DNA from: Ktedonobacterales bacterium
GTDB taxonomy: Bacteria; Chloroflexota; Ktedonobacteria; Ktedonobacterales; JADMIN01
DNA: 64,000 nucleotides
Assembly (NCBI GenBank): GCA_036273675.1
Contig: DASUHD010000178.1
Location: 9,492-73,491, forward strand
Direction of reading: 5' to 3'
Part shown: one piece after another, positions 38,322-47,359 of the stretch
Layout: the number at the start of each line of letters is the position of its first letter
Numbering within the stretch: the stretch's first letter is position 1
Program-made: the position numbers and the translations under genes
Notes under the pieces: model-generated
What the model saw: the letters and a program-made list of their open reading frames with translations, nothing else
Databases searched by the model: none
What the model was told of the DNA's origin: nothing

Positions 38322-38800
38322 CTATCCCACGTCGCCGCGCGCGCGGTATTGTAGCGCCTCGGCCACATGCGGCGCGGTGATCGTCTCGCTGCCTGCCAGA
38401 TCGGCAATCGTGCGGGCGAGCTTGAGGACGCGGTGGAAGGCGCGGGCGGAGAGCTGGAGCCGTTGCGTGGCGGCGCGCAGAATCGGCTGGGCGGCGGCGT
38501 CCACCTCGCAGTGGGCGCGCACCTCGGCTGGCCCCATCTCGGCGTTACAGGTGATGGACGTACCAGTGAACCGCCGCGCCTGCACCGCCCGCGCCGCGTT
38601 CACCCGCGCCCGCACCACCGCCGAGCGCTCGCCCTCCTGTCTGCCCGTCAGCTTCTCATACTCGACGCGCGGGACCTCGACGTGGATATCGATGCGGTCC
38701 AGCAGCGGGCCGGAGAGGCGTTTCTGGTAGCGGGCGATCGTGGAAGGTGAGCAGGTACATTCGCGCACGGGGTCCGTCGCATAGCCGCAGGGACACCCAT
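38322..38800 (-). pseudogene. comM: comM/yifB C-terminal ~160 codons, copy C (longest); lacks the AAA+ ATPase and N-terminal Lon-like parts
   Basis: The minus strand reads ..CPCGYATDPVRECTCSPSTIARYQKRLSGPLLDRIDIHVEVPRV...LKLARTIADLAGSETITAPHVAEALQYRARGDVG*. Similarity stops near 38800, about 90 bp before the IS element. Confidence 0.75.
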
Positions 38801-38910
38801 GCAGGTAACAATTGCTACTTGGCTCATAATTTTTCTCTCACGCGCAGATACCTGGCGTGAGGTGCGGCAGAGGTCAAAGAGATAAGCCACGATTAGGTTC
38901 TGTTGACATT

Positions 38911-39252
38911 TCAGCGCAACCAGATGAGCGCGCAGACAAAGTGGACAAAGCCCAGGTAGGAGCGATCCAGTTTGTCAAAGCGCGAGAAGATGCGACGAAA
39001 GTGTTTGAGCTTGTTGATACAACACTCGATGAGATGCCGCTCGCGATAGAGCCAGCGGTCGTATTCCCGCTGGACCGTGGCCGATTGATGCGGCGGGATG
39101 ACCGCTTCAGCGCCCTGGGCTTGGACGTGGGCGACGAACGCCGCGCCCGCATAGCCGCGATCAGCGATCACCCGCTCGAACGTGAGGCCATCCAGCAAGG
39201 CGACTGCCTGCGTGCTGTCATGGCGTTGTCCCGCCGTCAGCAGCACCCGCAA
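38911..39252 (-). CDS. IS5-family transposase, downstream frame (orfB, DDE domain)
   Basis: A -1 shift at the A7 run gives ..QKKRGAQALGRSRGGFSCKIHLTVDGLGNPLRVLLTAGQRHDSTQ..IADRGYAG..., the hallmark DDE_Tnp_1_2 sequence. It ends inside the left IR region. Confidence 0.8.
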   Translation of the reverse strand: MRVLLTAGQRHDSTQAVALLDGLTFERVIADRGYAGAAFVAHVQAQGAEAVIPPHQSATVQREYDRWLYRERHLIECCINKLKHFRRIFSRFDKLDRSYLGFVHFVCALIWLR

Positions 39253-39260
39253 CGGGTTGC

Positions 39261-39665
39261 CTAACCCATCGACCGTGAGGTGGATTTTGCAACTGAACCC
39301 GCCGCGACTCCGCCCGAGCGCTTGCGCGCCGCGTTTTTTTGCGCGCCTGCCGCACAGGGATGGGCGCGCACAATCGTCGCGTCAAGCATGCCATGCTCGG
39401 TGTCGGGATCGGTGGCAAGCGCAGCCAGCAGCCGCTCCCACACGCCCGCTTCGCACCAGCGCACAAACCGCTTGTACACGGTGTTCCACGCGCCATATTC
39501 GGCGGGCAGCAAGCGCCATTGCGCCCCGCTACGGCTCATCCACTTCACCGCGTCCACGAAGCGGCGGCAGGATTCTTCGTCTCGGCCCACGTAGGCCCGC
39601 GACTCCTGGCGCAAGAACTCCCGCATCTTGCTCCACTCTGCGTCGCTCAATCGTATGTTGGGCAT
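39261..39665 (-). CDS. IS5-family transposase, upstream frame (orfA)
   Basis: LSDAEWSKMREFL..., WRLLPAEYGAWNTVYKRFVRWCEAGVWERL is the typical N-terminal DUF4096/HTH part. The ORF contains the slippery A AAA AAC (T-run 39334-39340 on the plus strand). Confidence 0.8.
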   Translation of the reverse strand: MPNIRLSDAEWSKMREFLRQESRAYVGRDEESCRRFVDAVKWMSRSGAQWRLLPAEYGAWNTVYKRFVRWCEAGVWERLLAALATDPDTEHGMLDATIVRAHPCAAGAQKNAARKRSGGVAAGSVAKSTSRSMG

Positions 39666-40104
39666 CCCTCCATTCTACGGGGTCATGTCTAAATGTCAAC
39701 AGAACCTAATACAGAGAGCAATCGCTCACAGCACCAGGTTGCCTCATCACTTTCAATAGCCGCATGCACGAGATCGTGACGAGACTGCACTTTCCTCATC
39801 GTGGGGGATCGCTGTTGGCACACCCTAACCCTATACCGGCGTAGTAACTCACGGCATGCGTGTTGCTTATGCAGCCCGACAATCTGGCGCCGTTTCTCAG
39901 CATACAATCGCAAAACGTATGCCAGGCAGGATGGCGATACCGTGCGCGTGGGAGAATCTCCACCTGGTTCGCATCACGGTCGAATCACTGCGACCGTGAT
40001 CATTGGTTTCACCCGGCCCGCGGGCTCCTATCCTCCGCGAAAGAGAGGGACGCTCGCGGTTTGGGCAAGCGTCCCTCTGGGGTATGGAGTTTTAGCGAGT
40101 TTCG

Positions 40105-40494
40105 CTACAGGCCAACTGCCGCCAGAACTGGAATCGCGTCGCTCCACCGCAGCGCGACAAGCCCAACGGCGAGCACAAGGAAGGCGATTGGCATGCCTAG
40201 ATTCACCATGTCCTTGCGGACGACATGCGCGCCGGTCGCGACAATGAAATAGGCGACCATCCACAATGCCGCGGCTGCGCCTACGGCTGGGTATACTACA
40301 CCCGCAAACAGGCCTACAGCCCCGATCGTAGCCACAATCTTCGCCAGAAGCCAGAACCAGCTCGGATAACTGAGCGCTTCGCGCGTCTTGGCGACGCTGG
40401 CTGGTTTGCCAGTGATGAGGGAGTAGGCCGCGAAGGCGGTGAATGCCCCCATGAATCCTTCAAGAACAAGCGCCGCAAGTTGCAAGACAGACAT
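40105..40494 (-). CDS. DoxX-family small membrane protein
   Basis: 129 aa, four TM helices, with DoxX-like pattern (LEGFMGAFTAFAAYSLITG..., LWMVAYFIVATGAHV). Confidence 0.65.
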   Translation of the reverse strand: MSVLQLAALVLEGFMGAFTAFAAYSLITGKPASVAKTREALSYPSWFWLLAKIVATIGAVGLFAGVVYPAVGAAAALWMVAYFIVATGAHVVRKDMVNLGMPIAFLVLAVGLVALRWSDAIPVLAAVGL

Positions 40495-40660
40495 TCAGTA
40501 CACTCCCCTCAGGTCATCCGGAGCGCGTCCGCCCATCTGATCGTGCGTCACAACGTCGCCACCGGGTTCTGGAGAGCAGTGTACGGGTGGCCCGCTGGCA
40601 TCAACGCTTGTAGTGGCGCTTGTAGAGGGGTATGACGCCAAAAACTCGCGCAAGTGGGGC

Positions 40661-43600
40661 TCAGACTTGCGCGCCGCTGCGTAGCGCCTCGGCTAGCGCG
40701 GTCGTCTCCGGCGCGGGCGTAGTCGCCAACTCGTTGCGCAGCAGTCGAGTAAGTGAGTCGAAGTGGCGCAGCGCCTGGGCGCGCTCACCCAACCGCGCCA
40801 GTAACAACATCAGCGCGCGGTGCGCCTGCTCTTGATAGGGGTCGGCCTCAATCAGGCGACGGTAGACGGTCACGGCGCGGGCGTGGTCGCCGGTCGAGAC
40901 AAGCAGCCCAGCAAGCAGAGCGACGGCGTCTAGCCAGCGCTGGTGGAGCCCGGCGCGGTAGGTCGCGATCCAATCTCCAGCGGTGTTGCCCGTTTCGCTT
41001 GCGAGGAAGTCGCCATGGTACATCCGCATGGCGTTCTCCAGCAGCGAAATGGCCTTCCCCTGCGCGTCCGGTGCGTCCGGAGCGCTTGCGAGCGCCTGCC
41101 GCGCCTGGGTAAGCGCTGTCTCGAAAGCGGAAACATCATAGCTGTGGGTCCGCTCACGGTTGAAGCGGTAACGTCCGCCCTCAAAGAGCACCCACGCTGG
41201 GTCGCCCAGTGCCCGGCGACAGGCGTATAATACGGGATGCAGCTGCGAACGCACGTGGGCGGCGTCCGCGTCTGGCCAGAGTGCGAGGCCAATGCGCGAC
41301 TTGGTGGCTGGGCCATGCGCCAGCAGGAATAGGAGCAACTCGTGGGCCTTGCTGTAGGTCCAGTCGCTGGACGCCAGCAGCTTGCTCCGAACATAGACGC
41401 GCGGTGCGCCGAGGGCGAATATGCGCAACTCAACCGGCGGGCGTGGCGCTCGCCTCACTTCTGGCGGCCGCGGGAGTTCAGTTGGGCCATCCACCGTAGC
41501 GGGCGTGACAGCCAAAGGCGCGCTGACGGCATTCGGCGCGCGGCCAGCAGCCTCAGGCGAGAGCGCGCGGCCAGCGGTCAGTTCACAAGCGAATGCCTCC
41601 TCGCCCAGCAAGTCGCGGGCAACGGCGATCCAACGCTCGGTGAAGGCACGGTCGAGCGCGAGAATAGGCGCGCTGACGCGCTCACGCGCCGCCACCGCCG
41701 CGCCGAAGCAGTGAGCTGCGGTGGCACCATCGTCAGCATGCGCTGCAAGTGCGCCCAGCCCTTCGAGCGCAGCGGCCTGCCCTTCCAGGTCACCAATCGC
41801 CAGTCGTAGCGCGAGCGATTCCTGAAAGTGCGCGTGCGTAGCGGCTGGCTGGCCCTGTGCCAGCGCGACACGGCCCAGGTAGAGCAGGGTATGGGCTGCG
41901 CCGCCTTTGTCGCCATGCAGGCGGCGGATTGCCAAGCTCTCCTCGAAATACGGCAGCGCCTGCGCGTGCTCACCCTGCATGAAGAGTGTAACGCCCAAAT
42001 CAGTGAGACTTCCGGCAATGTTGCGGCTATCGCCCGACGCGCGCGCCATGGCGATGCTTTCGGTTCCCAGCGCCTGCGCCCGCTCGTATTGGCCCAGATT
42101 CAGCGCTGCCTTTCCCATCGAGCTAAGCGAGAGTGCGGCGCCATGCGTGTAGTTCACTTGCGCGCAGAGCGGCAGGCTTTCCTCGAAGTAGTCGATGGCC
42201 TGGGCGTAGTCGCCGTTGCCGAGTGCGAGAATCCCGACGTTGAGGATCGCAGTCGCCAGCCCTTTTATATCGCCCAGATCCCGGTAGAGCGCCAATGCCT
42301 CCTCGACAAGCCTGATTGCGGCGCGGTAGCCCTCATGGTGGTAGCTGAGGATGCTCAGGACGAGCAGTGCGCGGGCGCGGGTGAGGCTACGCTCAGGAAC
42401 CAGTTCCAGCGCTTGGCGCAGCCAGCTCCGCCCCTCACTGAGGTAGCCACGCACGAGCCAGAATCGCCAGATGTGGCTTGCCAGACGGGCGGCGGAGTCA
42501 TCACGCGTTTGCTGGATGCTCCACTGCAGGGCGGCGCGGATGTTGTCATGCTCCTGTTCTAGCAGATTGAGCCACTGAAGTTGCGCAGGGCCTTCCAACT
42601 CAGGCTCGGCTGGCTCCACTAGGTGGCGGAAGTAGTCGTAATGACGGCGGCGCGTATGCTCCAGTTCGCCCGAGGCGGTCAGCTTCTCCACGCCGTATTG
42701 GCGCAATACCTCCAGCAGGTGGTAGCGGCGTTCGTCCTGGCCCCCCTGAAAGTCGTGTGCGCTCGGGATGCGCTGGACGGCGACCAGCGATTTGTCTATC
42801 AGGTAACCAAGGAGGGTGAGGACGTCCACCTCCGCGTCGCCGCCGCCCACAGCTTCTGCTGCTTCGAGCGTAAAGCCGCCAGTGAAGACTGCGAGGCGCT
42901 GGAAGAGCAGCGCCTCCGGCTCAGGCAGCAGCGCATAGCTCCAGTCCAGCGTAGCGCGTAGGGCCTGGTGGCGTGGCAGTGCAGTGCGGCTTCCGCCGGT
43001 CAGCAACGAGATGGCGGAAGTCAGCCGCTCGGCGATAGCGTCGGGGGAGAGCATGCGCACGCGCGAGGCGGCCAGCTCGATGGCCAGTGGCAGGCCATCC
43101 AGGCGGCGGCAGATCGTGGCCGTCGCCACGGCCGTCGACTGGGTCAGCATGAAACCTGGCGCCACGGAGCACGCGCGCTCGATGAAGAGTTGGACAGCTT
43201 CGGACTGGGTGATGGTGTCAATGCTGTCATGGTCGTCTGGCAGCGTGAGGGACGGGACGGTGTAGACGGTCTCGCCGGAGATATTGAGCGTCTCACGGCT
43301 GGTCGCCAAGATGGTCAGCGTGGGGCAAGCGGAGAGCAGGGTCTGTGCCATCTGGGCGCAAGCTTCGATTAGATGCTCGCAATTATCGAGGATGAGCAGG
43401 CTATTGGTCGGGGCGAGCCGCGCAACTATTGTGTCTTCAAGCGCCTCACCTGGCTTCTCGTCTGCTTGGCAGGTGGTCGCCAGGGCATGGCTGATGAATG
43501 CAGGATCGGAGAGGGGCGCCAGATCGGCCCACCAGACGCCATCTGGATAGACGTCACGCGAGGCGATCGCCACCTCACGCGCCAGGCGGGTCTTGCCACA

Positions 43601-43741
43601 ACCGCCGACACCTACCAGGGTCAGCAGTCGTGTGGACGCCAAGATCCGGCTGAGCGCGCTGATATCTTGCCTGCGCCCGATGAAGCTGGTCAGCGGGCGC
43701 GGCAGCGTATCCAGTGCGTGAGCGTGGAGTCTCTCGGCCAT
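40661..43741 (-). CDS. Large STAND-type transcriptional regulator: N-terminal P-loop NB-ARC/AAA, central TPR array, C-terminal SARP winged-helix plus BTAD
   Basis: Walker A GVGGCGKTRLA. Multiple TPR-like repeats (..YEEALALYRDLGD.., ..FEESLAIRRLHGD.., ..FQESLALRLAIGD..). The C-terminus has ELRIFALGAPRVYV...YSKAHELLLFLL (OmpR/SARP wHTH) followed by BTAD (MRMYHGDFLA...YRRLIEADPYQEQAHRALMLLLARLGERAQALRHFDSL). Confidence 0.8.
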   Translation of the reverse strand: MAERLHAHALDTLPRPLTSFIGRRQDISALSRILASTRLLTLVGVGGCGKTRLAREVAIASRDVYPDGVWWADLAPLSDPAFISHALATTCQADEKPGEALEDTIVARLAPTNSLLILDNCEHLIEACAQMAQTLLSACPTLTILATSRETLNISGETVYTVPSLTLPDDHDSIDTITQSEAVQLFIERACSVAPGFMLTQSTAVATATICRRLDGLPLAIELAASRVRMLSPDAIAERLTSAISLLTGGSRTALPRHQALRATLDWSYALLPEPEALLFQRLAVFTGGFTLEAAEAVGGGDAEVDVLTLLGYLIDKSLVAVQRIPSAHDFQGGQDERRYHLLEVLRQYGVEKLTASGELEHTRRRHYDYFRHLVEPAEPELEGPAQLQWLNLLEQEHDNIRAALQWSIQQTRDDSAARLASHIWRFWLVRGYLSEGRSWLRQALELVPERSLTRARALLVLSILSYHHEGYRAAIRLVEEALALYRDLGDIKGLATAILNVGILALGNGDYAQAIDYFEESLPLCAQVNYTHGAALSLSSMGKAALNLGQYERAQALGTESIAMARASGDSRNIAGSLTDLGVTLFMQGEHAQALPYFEESLAIRRLHGDKGGAAHTLLYLGRVALAQGQPAATHAHFQESLALRLAIGDLEGQAAALEGLGALAAHADDGATAAHCFGAAVAARERVSAPILALDRAFTERWIAVARDLLGEEAFACELTAGRALSPEAAGRAPNAVSAPLAVTPATVDGPTELPRPPEVRRAPRPPVELRIFALGAPRVYVRSKLLASSDWTYSKAHELLLFLLAHGPATKSRIGLALWPDADAAHVRSQLHPVLYACRRALGDPAWVLFEGGRYRFNRERTHSYDVSAFETALTQARQALASAPDAPDAQGKAISLLENAMRMYHGDFLASETGNTAGDWIATYRAGLHQRWLDAVALLAGLLVSTGDHARAVTVYRRLIEADPYQEQAHRALMLLLARLGERAQALRHFDSLTRLLRNELATTPAPETTALAEALRSGAQV

Positions 43742-44030
43742 GCCCTCCCCCGATGTGGCTGCCGCCTCGCGCCCTCAGCATTACCCTAGCGGCGCTCGTC
43801 ACATCCCCTCATCGTGGCATTATACATGATGACATATGCCCAGATACCGGTGCCGCACACGCCCACGTCCTGGTTGCCAACAACAGGCGGCGCCATCGAG
43901 CGCAAGGCCGTGGTGTACGTTGGGTTATGCCTGGCAAGCGTGCGCAACTGATGCGCTTGCTACGAAGCTGAGTTGCCCTGGACCTGCCTGTCCCGATTCT
44001 TCGGACCTCTCACCCGACATCGCCTCTCGC

Positions 44031-44153
44031 CCGATATTGCAGCGCCCCAGCCACATGCGGCGCGGTGATCGTCTCGCTGCCCGCCAGATCGGCGTTAGTA
44101 CGTCAGAATCCGGTGAAAGGCGCGGGCGGAGAGTTGGAGACGTTGGGAGGTGG
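44031..44153 (-). pseudogene. comM: comM/yifB 3'-end fragment, copy D (degenerate, ~120 bp)
   Basis: Shares ccgatattgcagcgccccagccacatgcggcgcggtgatcgtctcgctgcccgccagatcggc and later ggcgcgggcggagagttggag with copies B and C. The internal segment is replaced or mutated, so the reading frame is not preserved. Confidence 0.5.
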
Positions 44154-44329
44154 CGTAACTCGAAAGGCACTCGTGCAGTTAGCAATAAAATGATAGCTGC
44201 TTATTGCACGCTAGAGCGGATATATGGAACCTGAACTTTCCGACATAGAATCGGGATCAGAATATGGCCGCGTCGAAACGTGGCCGCATGGTAAGCGTCA
44301 AAGTACGATGCACGGAAGAGGTTGCTATA

Positions 44330-45150
44330 CACGGTGGGGGAAGCAGCCCCTCATAACTTGCCCTTGCTCGCAGGGAACGATCTGCAAGCCCGTGGCTACC
44401 GAGTCACCGGCTGGAGGGTATCCCGTGGATGCGGAGTTGACGCGACAGGGTTGCCGCGCGAGCCTGTACACCATGCGCCGTTCGCTGCATCGCCCTTGCT
44501 GGAGTTGGCAGGGAGGAGGCGGCTCAAGTGTGTCTTGGGCCTCTCGGATCCGGAATACGTCAGGAAAATGCCGCTGGAGAGCAGGCAGCAAGCATGATGG
44601 CGACCGGACGTGACGTCTGGTTCAGCGATGAAACGACGATAGACGAGATCCCGCCAGTGCGCGACCTGGGTACGACGCGCGGAGCAGGCGGTCGTGGTGA
44701 TGAATGGGCTCAGCCGTCGCCGGGTGCTTCATGGGACATTGACAGTGACCACGGATGAGTTCGTCACACTGATTCGCGAGCGCTGACGCCAGGACAACAT
44801 TGGTGCATTCTTAAGAATCGGTGAATCAGGTGCGCCTCGACATTCCGAAGCTCCTTTTACGACAATGTCCAGACACATCTTAACTATCAGGTTCAGGCGG
44901 CGGCACACTTCACAATTGCCTGGCGCCCCTTTCGCGCAGTGTAGCCGATGTCCTGTAGTGAGCTTTTAAAGACCTTTGGCGCTAGACCCAAGCGGTTGTG
45001 GCTGCCAATCACATCTACGACGCCTGTCAATCGCCCGCCGAGTAGACGGCCGTCTGGCTGGAGGTGCTTACTGTCCGAATCTCTCCGCTGGAGCAGCATG
45101 CAGTGCACATCGTTTCCGTGGCTAGCTACGCAACTGGCGATGGCAGAATT
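44330..45150 (+). pseudogene. IS630/Tc1-mariner-type transposase remnant, multiply frameshifted
   Basis: Family-like peptides are scattered over all three + frames: SLYTMRRSLHR.CWSWQ (HTH end), VWFSDETTI (first DDE Asp), FYDNVQTH (second Asp), RLWLPITSTTPV / SPAE*TAVWLEVL (WLPxYSPxLNPxE..W..LK region). In-frame stops are present and no terminal repeats were identified. Confidence 0.4.
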
Positions 45151-45374
45151 AGCAAGCCTTCATGACAGCAACGATCGATATTAACCAAAGGTACCGTATC
45201 CCAGCGTTTACGCACGATTACGTACATCTGTGCTCTTGACATCAAGGGATCGGATACCATAATATCACGAGCACTCCATGGGTATTCAAAGGCAGTTGCC
45301 ATACGTAATGATGGGCACCAATCAGAAATCGATCGGGTGAAGCGCCAGCACTTGGAGAGAGCGAGCCGCCCACC

Positions 45375-47159
45375 ATGTCGTCACCATCCAGTCTAAGCAG
45401 CGGCTTCACTACCCTGGTTGACCTCCTCCGCTGGCGCGCGATTAGGCAGCCGAGTATGCACGGCTACACCTACCTTGTCGATGGCGAGACTACCGAGGTT
45501 GGCCTGACATACGAAGAACTTGATCGGCGTGCACGTGCGATTGCCGCTGCGTTACAACTCGCTGGAGGGTCCGGCGAACGAGTGCTCCTCCTCTATCCAT
45601 CCGGGCTTGATTTCATCGCGGCGTTCTTCGGATGTCTGTATGCCGGGGCGGTGGCCGTTCCTGCCTATCCACCTGCAGCGCACAAGTCCGCTCAGCGTCT
45701 CCAGGTAATTGCTGCCGATGCGCAGGCCAGACTGGCGCTGACAACCAGCGCGATCAAGATTCAGACGAAGACAAGTTGGCCGGAGTTGGCAGACATACAG
45801 ACGATACTTACTGATGTGCTGCCTCCAGGCTCAGAGGAGCATTGGCAGAATCCAGCGGCAGCAGGTGAGTCATGCGCACTGCTTCAGTACACCTCGGGTT
45901 CGACCGCCATACCTCGCGGGGTACTAGTCACCCACAATAACCTTCTCGACAATTTGGAGCTTATTCACACCTGCGTCGATACATCGCCGGATACGCCGGG
46001 AGTATGCTGGCTCCCCATGTTTCATGATATGGGGCTCCTGACTGGCATTCTTGAGCCGATCTACGTCGGGGCGCATGTCACCCTCATGTCGCCGATCGCG
46101 TTCTTGCAGCGGCCATTTCGCTGGCTCCAAGCACTTTCGCACCGGCGCGCCGTAATCACTGGTGCGCCGAACTTCGCGTTGGATCTCTGCGTACGACGAA
46201 TTACCATAGACCAGCGTGCAATGCTTGATCTGAGTAGTCTCGACGTGCTGTTCGTGAGCGCCGAACCCGTGCGGATAGAGACGCTGGACCGCTTCGGTGA
46301 GTATTTCGCATCCTCGGGTTTCCGCCGTACCGCCTTTTACCCATGCTATGGGCTTGCTGAGTCGACGTTGGTGGTTGCAGGAGGGGCGCGAGCCGCTCCT
46401 CCTGTGGTAAAGCGCTTCATGGTTGACGGACTTGCCAGGAATCGAGTACGGATCGCTCACCGCAACGACGAGCCGGCGCGAAGCCTCGTCGGCTGCGGAC
46501 ATACACGCGGCAATCACCAGCTCCTGATCGTCGATCCAGTGACGTTCAGGCGCTGCCTACCGAACCAGGTCGGAGAGATTTGGGTCAGTGGGTCAAGCGT
46601 GGCGCAGGGCTATTGGAACAGTCCATCGGAGACCAATCAAACATTTCGTGCATACCTCGCCGATACTGGCGAGGGCCCCTTCTTACGCACCGGCGATCTC
46701 GGATTCTGCAAGGCCAATGAGCTGTTCATCACCGGTCGTATGAAGGATGCCATCATCATCCATGGCACGAATCATTCACCGCAAGAGATTGAGGCAACGG
46801 TCGAAGAGAGCGATCCCGCGCTACGGCCAGGGTGTGGCGCCGCAATCGCTGTCGAGATCGCAGGGGAAGAGCGGCTGGTGACGATCCACGAGGTAGAGCG
46901 CGGCTATCATATGGAGGACGTCGAAACGGTCATTGGAGCAATCCGTCAGCGCGTGGCCGAAGAGCATGGGCTACAAATCTACGCCATTGTGTTGGTCAAA
47001 CCAGGGAGCATCCCAAAGACGACAAGCGGCAAGATCCAGCGATTCGCATGCCGAGAACGATTTCTCGCCGGTACACTGGAGATCGTCGCTTTCCGGCAAT
47101 TGAGTTCTGTCCCATTGGGAGGACGGCAGAGCGTCTGTGAAGATAATGTCCGTCAATGA
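45375..47159 (+). CDS. Fatty acyl-AMP ligase (FAAL)
   Basis: N-terminus TLVDLLRWRA...YTYLVDGE..LTYEELDRRARAIAAAL, LLLYPSGLDFIAAFFGCLYAGAVAVPAYPP, and core LLQYTSGSTAIPRGVLVTHNNLL are typical of FadD32/FAAL-type starters. Confidence 0.85.
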   Translation: MSSPSSLSSGFTTLVDLLRWRAIRQPSMHGYTYLVDGETTEVGLTYEELDRRARAIAAALQLAGGSGERVLLLYPSGLDFIAAFFGCLYAGAVAVPAYPPAAHKSAQRLQVIAADAQARLALTTSAIKIQTKTSWPELADIQTILTDVLPPGSEEHWQNPAAAGESCALLQYTSGSTAIPRGVLVTHNNLLDNLELIHTCVDTSPDTPGVCWLPMFHDMGLLTGILEPIYVGAHVTLMSPIAFLQRPFRWLQALSHRRAVITGAPNFALDLCVRRITIDQRAMLDLSSLDVLFVSAEPVRIETLDRFGEYFASSGFRRTAFYPCYGLAESTLVVAGGARAAPPVVKRFMVDGLARNRVRIAHRNDEPARSLVGCGHTRGNHQLLIVDPVTFRRCLPNQVGEIWVSGSSVAQGYWNSPSETNQTFRAYLADTGEGPFLRTGDLGFCKANELFITGRMKDAIIIHGTNHSPQEIEATVEESDPALRPGCGAAIAVEIAGEERLVTIHEVERGYHMEDVETVIGAIRQRVAEEHGLQIYAIVLVKPGSIPKTTSGKIQRFACRERFLAGTLEIVAFRQLSSVPLGGRQSVCEDNVRQ

Positions 47160-47359
47160 GGCGCAAATAAGGCGCAATCAATCCGGGCCTCAGGCCAAAT
47201 GCTCTGCTCTGGGTTGCGCAGCGGTCAGCACGGTCAGCACGGTAAGGCGCGTCTTTAGTAGAACCACTCGATGAAAGCAGTCTCGTGCAATTCGCGGCTG
47301 TACCCATAAGCAAACGTCACGAGCCAGCATAGGCAGGCCAGCATCGATAGGAGGCTGAT

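Larger units (their letters stand above)
38893..39709 (-). mobile_element. IS5-family (IS427/IS1031-like group) insertion sequence, apparently intact, 817 bp
   Basis: Perfect 19-bp terminal inverted repeats: ttaggttctgttgacattt (38893-38911) and aaatgtcaacagaacctaa (39691-39709). Two overlapping transposase ORFs are joined by an A7 slippery run. Confidence 0.85.

Noticed and set aside
38322-38768. 148-aa ORF as a functional small ComM-like protein
   Set aside because: It corresponds only to the C-terminal third of ComM/YifB. The Walker A/B AAA+ region is missing and homology continues upstream of the annotated start without a start context. It is treated as a gene fragment.
39689-39913. 74-aa ORF just right of the IS element, as a possible continuation of the interrupted comM
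   Set aside because: No ComM-like sequence in any frame. comM homology already ends ~90 bp before the IS, so the IS did not split the gene.
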